From Bordetella parapertussis (GTDB lineage Bacteria; Pseudomonadota; Gammaproteobacteria; Burkholderiales; JACQAP01), in contig CAMDKM010000007.1 in the NCBI GenBank assembly GCA_945900965.1, forward strand, positions 17,732 to 81,731: 64,000 nucleotides of DNA, read 5' to 3'. A program made the translations under genes and the position numbers. Within the stretch, counting starts at the first letter, position 1. Every line of letters starts with the position of its first letter. Positions 47,375 through 57,472 of the stretch are shown piece by piece. The notes under the pieces are model-generated. The model did no database searches and was not told the origin of the DNA. It saw only the letters and a list, made by a program, of their open reading frames with translations.

Positions 47375-48817
47375 CTAAGCCAGCACATAACTCGTCTTTA
47401 CCGTGGTGAAGAACTCTACCGCGTAACGGCCCTGCTCGCGCGGCCCGTAACTCGATCCTTTGCGCCCGCCAAACGGAACGTGGTAATCCACCCCGGCGGT
47501 GGGTAGATTCACCATCACCATGCCGGCCTGGGCGTTCTTGCGGAAGTGCGACGCGTGTTTGAGCGATGTGGTTACCACGCCGGAAGAAAGTCCAAATGGC
47601 GTGTCATTCGCCACCGCCAGCGCTTCGTCGTAATCCTTGACTCTCACCACCGAGGCAACCGGTCCGAACACTTCTTCGCGATTGATGCGCATCGAGTTGA
47701 CGGTATCGATGAACAGCGCCGGTTCGATATAAAAGCCATCGGTCTCGCGCTTGAGCAGATTACCGCCGAACGCGAGTTTGCCGCCTTCTTTTTGCGCCGC
47801 CTCGATGTACATCAGGTCTTGATTGAGCTGGTTCTTATCCACCACCGGGCCGATATCGGTACCTTGCTTCAGCGCATTATCCACCTTGACATTTTTCAGG
47901 CGCTCGATCAATGCGGCGACAAATTTGTCGTGAATACCCTGGGTCACCACCAGCCGCGAGGAAGCCGTGCAACGCTGCCCGGTCGAAAAATAAGCGCCGT
48001 TAACCGCACATTCGACGGCGATTTTGATGTCGGCATCGTCAAGCACGACGAGCGGATTCTTGCCGCCCATTTCGAGCTGGAACTTGGCCATGCGCGCCAC
48101 CGCTTTGGCGGCTACCTGACGTCCGGTTTCCACCGAGCCGGTAAAACTGATTGCATCGACGCGTTTGTCGTTGACCAGCATCTCGCCCACGACGCTGCCG
48201 CGACCCATCACCAGGTTGAATACGCCTTTCGGGATACCGGCATCGACGATAATTTTCCCGAGTGCATGGGCCATGCCCGGCACCAGATCGGCGGGCTTGA
48301 ACACCACACAGTTGCCATAGGCCAGGGCAGGAGCAATTTTCCAGGCGGGAATCGCCGCTGGAAAATTCCAGGGCGATATGATGCCGACCACACCGAGCGG
48401 CTCGCGCGTCAGTTCGACATCGATGCCGGGGCGCACCGATGGCAGTAATTCTCCCGCGCGGCGCAGCACTTCGCCGGCGAAGAATTTGAATATGTTGGCC
48501 GCGCGCACCACTTCGCCGACGCCCTCGGGAAGCGTCTTGCCTTCTTCGCGCGAGAGCAGTTTGCCCAGTTCGTCCTTGCGCGCCAGGATGTCGTTGCCGA
48601 TCCGCTCCAGCAGGTCGGCGCGGGCCTGGGTGCCGAAAGCGGCCCAGGCCGGGGCGGCGGCGCGCGCCGCCTCGACAGCGAGTTCGGTCTGCGCCCTGTC
48701 TGCCTGCGCGTATTCGAAGATCACATCCGCCGTATCCGATGGGTTGATGTCTTTGGAAAGTGTGGCGCCCGCGATCCATTCGCCGGCAATGTAGTTCTGA
48801 AGTATCTGAGTAGTCAT
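47375..48817 (-). CDS. aldehyde dehydrogenase (2,5-dioxovalerate dehydrogenase-like)
   Basis: PWNFP, FTGS, LEMGGKNP, GQRCTAS, EEVFGP; start at ATG 48817. Confidence 0.9.
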   Translation of the reverse strand: MTTQILQNYIAGEWIAGATLSKDINPSDTADVIFEYAQADRAQTELAVEAARAAAPAWAAFGTQARADLLERIGNDILARKDELGKLLSREEGKTLPEGVGEVVRAANIFKFFAGEVLRRAGELLPSVRPGIDVELTREPLGVVGIISPWNFPAAIPAWKIAPALAYGNCVVFKPADLVPGMAHALGKIIVDAGIPKGVFNLVMGRGSVVGEMLVNDKRVDAISFTGSVETGRQVAAKAVARMAKFQLEMGGKNPLVVLDDADIKIAVECAVNGAYFSTGQRCTASSRLVVTQGIHDKFVAALIERLKNVKVDNALKQGTDIGPVVDKNQLNQDLMYIEAAQKEGGKLAFGGNLLKRETDGFYIEPALFIDTVNSMRINREEVFGPVASVVRVKDYDEALAVANDTPFGLSSGVVTTSLKHASHFRKNAQAGMVMVNLPTAGVDYHVPFGGRKGSSYGPREQGRYAVEFFTTVKTSYVLA

Positions 48818-48878
48818 GTTAAGGGTATCCTCCGTGGGGAATGCTAGCACGCCGACAAGATCGCGGACCGTTATCGAT

Positions 48879-49631
48879 TCAAGCAGGCTTGGTCTTGCGC
48901 TTGCGGCGCATCTTGTTGAAGGCATCCAGCTCCCAGGGCCGCAGCGCCAGCACCAGGGTTGCCGGCCGCCGCACCCCGAGGGGCAGATGCATGTCGTCGG
49001 TGTGCAGCTCGGAAAATTCCACTGCCAGCCTGCGCAGGCGGGCAATGATTTGCGCGCTTGACGCGGCGGACAACATCGCGTTGATCGCGGCCATAAACTC
49101 GCCCGGTCCATCGAATCGGGAACGGAAGAATTCGGCCTGGCCCGCGCTTCTAAAGTAAGCGAGGATCGGACCGTTCGGCAGCCAGGAAAAGGTGCGGGTG
49201 ACTTTCAGCCGGATGCGATTGTTGGGTAACAACTCCAGGAACTTGATGCGGTCGAGCTTCAGCAACAGCTGAATGCATTCGGTTTTGGTCACATCATAAA
49301 ACTCGACAATCTGCTCCAGCGTCATGTGGTTCAGCGCGCAGACCGCCACCAGGAACAACTTGGGGTTCCCTACGATTTCGCGCTCCTGCTCGAGCGTCAA
49401 CTGGGACACGAAATTGCGTTCGCTGTCCACTTCCCGCGCCAGATCGGTAATCCCTATCCCGGCCAGTTGGCAAATTTGCTCGAAGCGATCCAGAGTGAAA
49501 TGGTTGTGGGAAAACATGCGCTTGACGCTCGCCTCGGACAGCTTGAGGGTCTTGGCAACACTCGCGTAGGTTAGCTTGCGGCCCTTCAACGCGCGTTTGA
49601 GCGCATCGACCACCATCACGGTCTGGGACAT
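48879..49631 (-). CDS. XRE/Cro-type HTH transcriptional regulator
   Basis: LTYASVAKTLKLSEASVKRMFS helix-turn-helix. Confidence 0.85.
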   Translation of the reverse strand: MSQTVMVVDALKRALKGRKLTYASVAKTLKLSEASVKRMFSHNHFTLDRFEQICQLAGIGITDLAREVDSERNFVSQLTLEQEREIVGNPKLFLVAVCALNHMTLEQIVEFYDVTKTECIQLLLKLDRIKFLELLPNNRIRLKVTRTFSWLPNGPILAYFRSAGQAEFFRSRFDGPGEFMAAINAMLSAASSAQIIARLRRLAVEFSELHTDDMHLPLGVRRPATLVLALRPWELDAFNKMRRKRKTKPA

Positions 49632-49656
49632 GAATTTCTCTGGAATTGGTCTAAAG

Positions 49657-49669
49657 TCGCATTATGCGA
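49657..49669. promoter_or_regulatory. palindromic candidate operator
   Basis: TCGCAT-T-ATGCGA between the divergent regulator and the small ORF. Confidence 0.45.
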
Positions 49670-49779
49670 TACCGGAGGATGCCTTGGTAGCAACCTCCGT
49701 CCCTGTCCTTTTCTCGCGCCCTCCACATCGACATCATGCCGCCCAACAACAAGCCGTAACAACAACCAGGAGGAGAGAA

Positions 49780-49968
49780 ATGGAAAACCGATCGCTCGCC
49801 ACCGCAGTATTCGCCGCTCTGGAAAACAAATCCGCGCCTGTCGCCATAAGTGAAACTCCTGAGGACTCACTACTGCTGGCGGCCTTGAGCCACAGCGCCA
49901 CCCGCTGCGATCAGCTCATGCAGCGGCGCGTAGGTTTCGCCATGCCCGGTCAAAACATCGTCCCGTAA
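49780..49968 (+). CDS. 62-aa small protein
   Basis: Strong AGGAGGAG RBS before ATG 49780; followed by hairpins. Confidence 0.6.
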   Translation: MENRSLATAVFAALENKSAPVAISETPEDSLLLAALSHSATRCDQLMQRRVGFAMPGQNIVP

Positions 49969-49985
49969 AACTCTTCGCTGTGCGG

Positions 49986-50056
49986 GCGGGGTTGCGCCTT
50001 CCGGGCGCGACCCCGTCATTTCGGCCGGCCGGGTACAGGGTCGGCCACTTTTTTGT
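49986..50056 (+). terminator. double hairpin with T-tract
   Basis: GCGGGGTTGCGCC/GGCGCGACCCCGT, then GGCCGGCC/GGTCGGCC followed by TTTTTT. Confidence 0.55.
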
Positions 50057-50096
50057 CGGCCGTGGGAGAATGCGGGACTTTCCCAATTCCGGCACC

Positions 50097-51380
50097 ATGG
50101 CCCACCTGATTACCGCGCGTCCCGCCGTTCAGGCACTGCGATCCTCGAAAATCCGCGAAGTCGCCAATGCCGGGATGGGAGGCAAAGACCTGCTCGCCTT
50201 CTGGTTCGGCGAGCCCGACGAGGTCACCCCCGATTTCATCCTTCAGGCCGGCATCGAGGCGCTGCAGCGGGGCGAAACCTTTTACACGCAGAATTTCGGC
50301 GTTCCCGAACTGCGCGAGGCGATCGCCTCCTACCTCACGTGCCTGCACGGCACGCAATTCGCCCTGCCGGACGCTTCCACTCGATCAGGGAGCCAGACAC
50401 CCCCTTCTCCCTCCGGGACAAGGGCTGGGGACGAGGGAAGGCACCTCATCACCGACTCATCGTTGCATTTCGCGATCTCGCCCGACAACATCGCAGTGAC
50501 CAACTCGGGGATGTCCGCCCTGATGCTGACGACCCAGGCGCTGATCAGCCCCGGTGATCGTGTTGTGGTCATCACTCCGGTGTGGCCGAACCTGGTGGAG
50601 ATCCCGAAAATTCTTGGCGCGCAGGTGGAGACGTTTCCGCTGACGTTCTCCCCGCAAGGCTGGGCGCTCGACCTGGAACGCCTGCTCGCCACACTGACGC
50701 CAGATACCCGCGCCGTCTACCTCAACTCGCCCAACAATCCGACTGGATGGACCATCACACGCGACCAGCAGATCGCGATACTCGCGCACTGCCGCCGGCA
50801 TGGCATCTGGATTCCCGCGGACGACGCCTACGAGCGACTCTACTACGCCGATGCCGTCGCGCCGTCCTTTCTGGACATCTGCAACGAGCAGGATCGGCTC
50901 GTCAGCACGAATACGTTTTCTAAGTCCTGGCTGATGACCGGCTGGCGCCTGGGCTGGATCGTAGCGCCACGCGAACTGATGCCCGCGCTCGGCACCCTGA
51001 TCGAATACAACACCTCCTGTGCCCCAGGATTCGTGCAGCGCGCCGGCATCGCCGCCATCGAACAGGGCGACCCGGTCATCGCGCGCACCCAGCAACGCTT
51101 TCGCAAGGCCCGCGATTTTCTCTGTACACAGTTGCGTACCATCCCCGGCGTCGAAGTCTCCGTCCCCTCAGGTGCGATGTACGCCTTCTTCAAAATGCCC
51201 CGCGTAACCGACAGCCTCGCATTCTGCAAAGGCCTGGTCGCTGAAACCGGACTCGGCCTGGCGCCGGGTATTGCGTTCGGCCCGGAGGGCGAAGGGTTTG
51301 TGAGATGGTGCTTTGCGTCGAACGAAGACAGGTTGGCGCAGGGGATTGAACGGCTGCGGCGGTATATTGGGCATCGGTGA
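50097..51380 (+). CDS. class I/II PLP-dependent aminotransferase with a ~40-aa insertion
   Basis: FGEPD, NSPNNPTG, DDAY, NTFSKSWLMTGWRLGW. Confidence 0.92.
   Translation: MAHLITARPAVQALRSSKIREVANAGMGGKDLLAFWFGEPDEVTPDFILQAGIEALQRGETFYTQNFGVPELREAIASYLTCLHGTQFALPDASTRSGSQTPPSPSGTRAGDEGRHLITDSSLHFAISPDNIAVTNSGMSALMLTTQALISPGDRVVVITPVWPNLVEIPKILGAQVETFPLTFSPQGWALDLERLLATLTPDTRAVYLNSPNNPTGWTITRDQQIAILAHCRRHGIWIPADDAYERLYYADAVAPSFLDICNEQDRLVSTNTFSKSWLMTGWRLGWIVAPRELMPALGTLIEYNTSCAPGFVQRAGIAAIEQGDPVIARTQQRFRKARDFLCTQLRTIPGVEVSVPSGAMYAFFKMPRVTDSLAFCKGLVAETGLGLAPGIAFGPEGEGFVRWCFASNEDRLAQGIERLRRYIGHR
50352..50471 (+). repeat. in-frame palindromic insertion
   Basis: Core CCCTTCTCCC-TCC-GGGACAAGGG-CTGGGGACGAGGG; encodes TQFALP...DSSLHF; boundaries approximate. 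Confidence 0.7.
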
Positions 51381-51589
51381 GGAGTTGCCGAGGGGCGAAA
51401 GTTGCCGTCACAAACGACCGGGCAGAGTCGATTTCTTACGCCGTGCTTTACTTGGTGAGGGTGCTATATTGCAAGACCTGACACCGCGCCTTTGACACCG
51501 TGCCTTCGATTGTCAGTGCCGGTGTCTTCGGCAGACGCCTGGCCCGACTCCTGCCGTCTTCATCCTTCACTCATTCACCCTTCGCGCCT

Positions 51590-52078
51590 TTACTGCCCTT
51601 GGTGCTTCTCGTGAACCAGCAAGCTCTGCTTGCGCTCCAATCCCCCGGCATAACCGGTCAGGGAATTATCGGCGCCGATAACCCGATGGCAGGGAACAAT
51701 AATAGATATCGGATTACGGGCGTTGGCGTGGCCAACCGCGCGCGAGGCAGTGGGCCGGCCGATACGTCGGGCAAGTTCCGCGTAGGAGATGGTTTTGCCG
51801 AAGGGAATGTTGCGCAACTCCTTCCAGACTTGCATCTGAAATGCGGTCCCCTGCGGCGCAAGGGGCAGGTCGAAGTCCGCAAGCTCGCCGTTGAAGTAGG
51901 CACGAAGTTGTCGCGCCACGTCCGGCAAGGGCGAGACCGAAGCGTCTTCTACCCAATCGTCCTTCATGATCGGACGATGTTTGTCGGATTGTGTATGCAG
52001 GCCCGTGAGTGCCTTGCCGTCGGATATCAGCAACAACGGCCCGACCGGGCTGGAGAAATGGGTGAAGTATGTCGTCAT
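51590..52078 (-). CDS. ogt: methylated-DNA--protein-cysteine methyltransferase
   Basis: GTAFQ, RAVG, IVPCHRVIG. Confidence 0.93.
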   Translation of the reverse strand: MTTYFTHFSSPVGPLLLISDGKALTGLHTQSDKHRPIMKDDWVEDASVSPLPDVARQLRAYFNGELADFDLPLAPQGTAFQMQVWKELRNIPFGKTISYAELARRIGRPTASRAVGHANARNPISIIVPCHRVIGADNSLTGYAGGLERKQSLLVHEKHQGQ

Positions 52079-53493
52079 TTGAAGGACCTCCATAAATGCA
52101 TCGCGGCGTAGCCGCGCCAGGGTCGCCAGGCCTCGGCCTTTGCCAACACCTCGCGTTCATTGTCAGTGCCCAATGCCTTGCGTATTCCCAGGTCGGTGGC
52201 GGGAAATGCGTCGGGCCAGGAAAACGCGCGCATCGCCAGATATTGCGCGGTCCACTCGCCGACCCCCGGCAATTCCTTGAGACGCGCCAGGGCCGCTTCG
52301 ATATCCGCACCCGGTTCGAGAAGATTCGGGTTATCCGCCATCGCCTTCGACAGGTTAACCAGAGTACGCGCACGGGCCGACGTTATGCCGATGGCGGTCA
52401 ACTCGGCAGGTGCGGCCTTGGCAACAGCGGCGGCCGTGGGCACGAGCCGCGTCAATTCAGGGAAAGGTGTCTGCACTTGCACTCCAAACGCCGCCGCGAA
52501 TCGTCCGGCCAGCGTGGTGGCCGCCTTGACGCTGATCTGCTGACCAAGCACCGCACGCACCGCCACTTCGTAGCCATCGAAAGCGCCCGGCAGACGCAAG
52601 CCCGGATTCTTGTCCGCCAGCTTGCCCAGGCGTTGCGCGATACGTTGCGGCTCGGCACCCACATCGAACAAGCGCCGCAGCTTTCGCAACACGACCGGCA
52701 CCACTCGGCCCAGTTCCGGCGCCAACTCAACACTCAGGACATTCCCATCGGCGGCCGGCTCGACCCGAACCCAACCGATGCGACCGCCGACTTCGACAGT
52801 GCGAAGATAACACTCACCGGCCACCGCCTCGGCCCCGGCGTACAAGCGCGCGCTCAGAAATTCCAGCATCGCTTCCCAGTCGAAGGGCGGGCGATACGCA
52901 ATTTCAAATCTCAAACGCTCATCAATCCGCTTGCCGATTCTCTTGCGGAACTGACTGGGATTGAGTCGATAGTTGGTCTGAAAGGCATCGTTGAATCGGC
53001 GCAAGCTGCCAAATCCGCTCGCAAAAGCCACGTCGGTCACTGACATCGCGGTGTCCGTAAGCAGCATCTTCGCCGTGAGCAGACGTTGGGTTTCCAGCAT
53101 CTTGTTCGGCGAGACGCCGAATTCGCCTTCGATCACCCGGCGCAGATGCCGGTCACTGACACCCATTTCCGCCGCCAGCTCGGACACACTGATTTCGTTC
53201 AGCGCACCGTCTTCGATGCGCCGCGCCAGCGCCACGGCCAGCCGGTTGCGGGAATCTACGAGGGAATTTCCCGGCGCCAATTCAGGACGGCAGCGCAAAC
53301 AAGGCCGAAAGCCCGCCTGCTCTGCCGACGCAGCGTTGGGATAGAAAGTACAGTTTTTTCTGAGCGGCCGGCGCGACGTACACACAAGCCGACAGTAGAT
53401 GCCAGTCGAAGCCACGCCGACAAACATCAACCCATCGAACCGCGGATCGCGGCTCGTCAGTGCCTGGTAACAGCTTTCGGTATCGAGTTGCAT
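52075..53493 (-). CDS. alkA: Ada-zinc/AraC/AlkA fusion DNA-3-methyladenine glycosylase
   Basis: TGIYCR..C, FRPCLRCRP, AraC HTH, GQQIS, LPGVGEWTA, WRPWRGYA. Confidence 0.92.
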   Translation of the reverse strand: MQLDTESCYQALTSRDPRFDGLMFVGVASTGIYCRLVCTSRRPLRKNCTFYPNAASAEQAGFRPCLRCRPELAPGNSLVDSRNRLAVALARRIEDGALNEISVSELAAEMGVSDRHLRRVIEGEFGVSPNKMLETQRLLTAKMLLTDTAMSVTDVAFASGFGSLRRFNDAFQTNYRLNPSQFRKRIGKRIDERLRFEIAYRPPFDWEAMLEFLSARLYAGAEAVAGECYLRTVEVGGRIGWVRVEPAADGNVLSVELAPELGRVVPVVLRKLRRLFDVGAEPQRIAQRLGKLADKNPGLRLPGAFDGYEVAVRAVLGQQISVKAATTLAGRFAAAFGVQVQTPFPELTRLVPTAAAVAKAAPAELTAIGITSARARTLVNLSKAMADNPNLLEPGADIEAALARLKELPGVGEWTAQYLAMRAFSWPDAFPATDLGIRKALGTDNEREVLAKAEAWRPWRGYAAMHLWRSFK

Positions 53494-53610
53494 GGCGGCA
53501 TAGTGCACGTGATCAATCGGCCTTGCCAGCCATTTTCGGACATGTAGTTCAGTCTCTCTCCCCTCGCGGAACAAGGGCAGGTAGGTACGAACCGGCGATG
53601 ACGAGCTGGG

Positions 53611-54777
53611 TCAGGATTGCCTGGCCGCCGCCTCGTCGGCACGAATCTGTTCGATGGAACGCTCGCGGTGTTTCAACCACCAGCCGTATTGCACCGGCCA
53701 GTCGTCCATCGCATCCAAGGCTTTTCGTCCCAGCGCGATCTCCGCCATCTGCGGCCAACATGGATTTACCAGCGCTTCCCGCGCGATGGCAACCAGATCC
53801 GCCCGGCCCATCTGCACGATCTCTTCAGCGAAAAAAGGATCGACGATGAGGCCCACCGCCATGGATTTGATATCCGCCTCCCGCCGCACGCGTTCGGCGT
53901 AGGACACTTGAAAACCCCAGGATCTCTTGACGCGTGCCGCAGTAGCCGAGCCGAACAACCCACCCGAGGAACAATCGATTACATCGATGCCGCGCAGCTT
54001 GAGTTCCTTTGCATAAGCCACCGTGTCATCCAGGGTCCAGCCGCCATCGAGGCCGTCGACTGCGGAGACGCGCAGAAACACCGGCTTGTCCTTCGGCCAC
54101 GCGGTGCGCAGGGCTTCGGCCAGCTCAAGAGGAAATCGCGTGCGGCCAGCGAAGTCGCCGCCATAGGCATCGGTGCGCTTGTTCGACAGAGGCGAGAGAA
54201 ACTGGTGAATCAGGTAGCCGTGTGCGTTGTGGATGTTCAGCACTTCGAATCCCGCATCCACCGCGCGTTTGGCCGCGTCCACCCAGTCGCGCTTGAGCGT
54301 GGTCAGATCGGAGACCGTTAACTGCCGTGGCACGATATGGCCCTCGGCCATCGGCTCGGCAGTGGGAGCGACCGTGTCCCATTTCTTTTCGCCACGGGCG
54401 AAGTCTTCGGCGGTGAGCGCACCGTTGCCGAACCAGGGCCGCTGCATGGAACCTTTGCGACCGGCATGCGCGAGCTGTATGCCGGGTACCACGTTTTGCG
54501 CCTTCATGAATTCGGCGATGCGCTTGAGCGGCGGCACATGCGCGGAGGACCAGATGCCCAAGTCCCCGTTGGTGATGCGGCCCTGGTCCGTCACCGCCGT
54601 CGCCTCGACAAACACACAGCCCGCTCCACCCAACACCAGCCGGCCCCAGTGCGCAAAGTGGAAGTCCTGCGCGATACCTTCGATAGCCGAGTAAGTCGCC
54701 ATCGGAGCGATGACGACGCGGTTCTTGAACGTGACTTCTCGAATCTTGAGGGGTGTGAATAGTAATGGCTTGTTCAT
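53611..54777 (-). CDS. NADH:flavin oxidoreductase (Old Yellow Enzyme, YqjM-like)
   Basis: IQLAHAGRK, HNAHGYLIHQFLSP, RTDAYGG. Confidence 0.92.
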   Translation of the reverse strand: MNKPLLFTPLKIREVTFKNRVVIAPMATYSAIEGIAQDFHFAHWGRLVLGGAGCVFVEATAVTDQGRITNGDLGIWSSAHVPPLKRIAEFMKAQNVVPGIQLAHAGRKGSMQRPWFGNGALTAEDFARGEKKWDTVAPTAEPMAEGHIVPRQLTVSDLTTLKRDWVDAAKRAVDAGFEVLNIHNAHGYLIHQFLSPLSNKRTDAYGGDFAGRTRFPLELAEALRTAWPKDKPVFLRVSAVDGLDGGWTLDDTVAYAKELKLRGIDVIDCSSGGLFGSATAARVKRSWGFQVSYAERVRREADIKSMAVGLIVDPFFAEEIVQMGRADLVAIAREALVNPCWPQMAEIALGRKALDAMDDWPVQYGWWLKHRERSIEQIRADEAAARQS

Positions 54778-54819
54778 GGCTGCATGTTCTTCAGATGGTA
54801 ATTGTGCGTAGTGCTGATT

Positions 54820-54938
54820 TGTTTTTCTCGAGTGGGTGGGAATCCAGACTTTTTTAGTCGCTGGATTCCTGTCTGCACGGGAATGACAGCGGTTGAGATT
54901 TTCCCTAGCCCCCAGCCCCTAGTCCCTAGCCCCTCACA
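54820..54938. repeat. third, degenerate palindromic element plus CCCTAGC heptamers
   Basis: GGGAATCCAG...CTGGATTCC...CGGGAATGAC...TTTTCCCTAG, then ccccagc ccctagt ccctagc ccctcac; the heptamers contain the stop codon of the 54926-55663 gene. Confidence 0.7.
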
Positions 54939-55663
54939 CTCCACTCAAACCCCAGCGCACTGACGCCTTTTTGCAAATTCTCGAGCGCCTCGTTGGCGAG
55001 TATTGCCTCGCCCTTGACGCCCAACTCGATACGCCGATCCGGACTGACGCTGGGCAGGCTGAACAATTTCAGCGCGGGGTATCGCGCGATGCATGCATTC
55101 ATCAAATCGATCAACTGGCTCTCTCCCGCACCTCTAACCACGATTGCCACATCAACTGGCGGGTCCGCACGATGCAGATGCGCGTATTCATAATCGAGCA
55201 CCCATTCCATCATCGGCCAGGCCATTTCCGGGAAGCCGGGCAGAAAATGGTGTCGGTGGAAACTAAAACCGGGAATACGATTGAAGGGGTTGGCAATAAT
55301 GCGGCTGCCCGCCGGGAATACGCCCATCTCCAGGCGCCTGGCGTTGATCTCCGCGCCGAAACGCGCTTCGATCTCGCGCCTGGCCTCGGGATGCATTCGC
55401 AACTCGACACCCGCCGCCCTGGCCGCGCATTGGCGGGTATGGTCATCGGGTGTGGCGCCGATGCCGCCAAAGCTGAACACGGTATCGGCACGCGCCAATG
55501 TGCTGGTCAATACCTGCGTAATGATGTCGGGATCGTCGGGCAGATTCATGCTCCACGACAGGCCCAAACCGCGTGCCTTCAGCAATTCCACGATCTTGGG
55601 AAAATGTTTGTCCTGCCGTTTCCCGGACAAGATTTCATCGCCGATGATAAGTGCTCCGAACAC
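54926..55663 (-). CDS. CinA N-terminal-like molybdopterin-binding protein
   Basis: IIGDEILSGKRQD, GGIGATPDDHT, PGFPEM. Confidence 0.9.
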   Translation of the reverse strand: MFGALIIGDEILSGKRQDKHFPKIVELLKARGLGLSWSMNLPDDPDIITQVLTSTLARADTVFSFGGIGATPDDHTRQCAARAAGVELRMHPEARREIEARFGAEINARRLEMGVFPAGSRIIANPFNRIPGFSFHRHHFLPGFPEMAWPMMEWVLDYEYAHLHRADPPVDVAIVVRGAGESQLIDLMNACIARYPALKLFSLPSVSPDRRIELGVKGEAILANEALENLQKGVSALGFEWSVRG

Positions 55664-55746
55664 GCTTGGCTCCTGCGATGCCTTGAGGCCGCCGAGTTTG
55701 CAGGCGGCGGGGAACTCCCGTCAAGCCCGGCGTCCGGAACGGCTTG

Positions 55747-55790
55747 TTGACAGCGATACGCAGCATCGGCAAGAATGGTTCTAATTAGAA
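55747..55790 (+). promoter_or_regulatory. sigma70 promoter with palindromic MarR-type operator
   Basis: TTGACA at 55747, AAGAAT at 55771, perfect palindrome TTCTAATTAGAA at 55779-55790. Confidence 0.55.
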
Positions 55791-55813
55791 TCAAATACTC
55801 GCAATGTGGCTAC

Positions 55814-56266
55814 ATGCCTAAAGACCAGTACCTCAAAACCTTGCGTTCCCTGGCCGAGTGTTATCAGGCTTTCGAGGCCTATTCCGGGGCGCATGTACGG
55901 CAAATGGGGCTAACGGCGGCGCAGTTCGATATTGTCGCCACCCTGGGCAATACGCCGGGCATGACCTGCCGCGAGTTGGGCGAGAAAACCCTCATCACCA
56001 AGGGCACGCTGACCGGCGTGCTGGATCGCATGGAAGCAAGCGGCCTCGTGCGCCGTGGCGCGACGGATGCCGACCGTCGGCAGGTTTTTGTCGCGCTCAC
56101 GCCCCAGGGCACGCGCGTGTTCGAGCGCGCGTTCCCGGCGCATATCAATCATATCAAGCCCGCGTTCAACACCTTATCGCCACGCGAACTGGAGCAGATG
56201 ACCCTATTGCTGCACAAGTTACGCGACGCCTTGCGCGAGGCGCGCGCGCAGAGCAAGGCAGCCTGA
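55814..56266 (+). CDS. MarR family regulator
   Basis: LTAAQFDI, TLTGVLDRME, DRR...LTPQG. Confidence 0.92.
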   Translation: MPKDQYLKTLRSLAECYQAFEAYSGAHVRQMGLTAAQFDIVATLGNTPGMTCRELGEKTLITKGTLTGVLDRMEASGLVRRGATDADRRQVFVALTPQGTRVFERAFPAHINHIKPAFNTLSPRELEQMTLLLHKLRDALREARAQSKAA

Positions 56267-56267
56267 T

Positions 56268-56846
56268 TTGACCGCGGCTGCCTCATCCATGCCCGTGGCG
56301 CAGCGCTACTCCGGTGTGGCCATTGCGTTGCACTGGCTGATTGCAGCGGTGATTCTATGCACCGCCGTGCTCGGGCTGTACATGCGCGAACTGCCCTTGT
56401 CGCCGGACAAGCTCAGGCTGTACTCGTATCACAAGTGGATCGGCGTGACGATATTTCTGCTGGTACTGATGCGTCTGGCCTGGCGCCTGACCCATGCACC
56501 GCCCGCGCCGCCGCCTTCCATGCCAGACTGGCAGCAGCGCGCCGCGCAAGCCGCCCTTGTGCTGCTCTATCTGCTGACACTCTTCATCCCGATCTCTGGA
56601 TGGCTGATGAGTTCGGCGTCGGGATTCCAGGTCGTCTATCTTGGCTTGCTGCCGATACCGGACCTGCTCGCCAAAAACAAAGAGCTCGCCGAACAACTTC
56701 AGGACGCGCACGAGGCATTAAACGGACTGATGTTTCTGGTCCTCGCCCTGCATGTAGCCGCGGCCCTGAAGCATCATTTTATGGATCGGGATGATGTTCT
56801 TGTACGCATGCTGCCTGTTCTTAAACCGCGGAGTGCCCCAAAATGA
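56268..56846 (+). CDS. cytochrome b561 (YceJ-like)
   Basis: ALHW, HKWIG, H..AALKHH; the usual third-helix His position reads AQAAL. Confidence 0.9.
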   Translation: MTAAASSMPVAQRYSGVAIALHWLIAAVILCTAVLGLYMRELPLSPDKLRLYSYHKWIGVTIFLLVLMRLAWRLTHAPPAPPPSMPDWQQRAAQAALVLLYLLTLFIPISGWLMSSASGFQVVYLGLLPIPDLLAKNKELAEQLQDAHEALNGLMFLVLALHVAAALKHHFMDRDDVLVRMLPVLKPRSAPK

Positions 56847-57397
56847 AATTCCAGAACCTCGTCGCCTTTGCCGCACTGATCGTGGCTGGCATCCCCGCGT
56901 TCGCAAACCATGTCGATTACGCAAGAAGTCAGATCAGCTTTGTCTCCACGCAGATGAATGTCGCGGTAACCGGCCGCTTCAAGCAATTTACCGCTCGGAT
57001 TGCTTTCGACCCCGCGAAACCGGCCGCCTCAAAAGTCGAGATCGCCGTCGATCTGGCGAGCGTCGATACCGGCAGCGATGAAGCCGATGCGGAAGTCGTC
57101 AAGAAGGGCTGGTTCAATGTCCTCGCTTTTCCTGACGCAAAATTCGTTTCCGACACGGTCAGGAAAACTGGCCCGGATCGCTACGAGGCGACGGGAAAAC
57201 TTTCCATCAAGGGCATGAGTCAGGAAGTGACCGCGCCTTTCGGCGTAAAACGAAGCGGCGATGTCGCGACTTACGAAGGCGGCTTTACCCTAAAGCGCTT
57301 GCAGTTCAAGATCGGCGAAGGCATCTGGTCGGATACGGACACCGTTGCCGATGACGTGCAGGTGAAGTTCCTCATCGTCACCACCGGCAACAAATAA
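56843..57397 (+). CDS. YceI family protein
   Basis: Signal peptide, GRF, SVDTG, GKLSIKG, DDVQV. Confidence 0.9.
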   Translation: MKFQNLVAFAALIVAGIPAFANHVDYARSQISFVSTQMNVAVTGRFKQFTARIAFDPAKPAASKVEIAVDLASVDTGSDEADAEVVKKGWFNVLAFPDAKFVSDTVRKTGPDRYEATGKLSIKGMSQEVTAPFGVKRSGDVATYEGGFTLKRLQFKIGEGIWSDTDTVADDVQVKFLIVTTGNK

Positions 57398-57472
57398 TTT
57401 TCAACGCCATCTGCGTGCTGGTGCACAGAGCACGCAAACACATTCATCAACCAACCCAAAGGAAGCTAAAAG

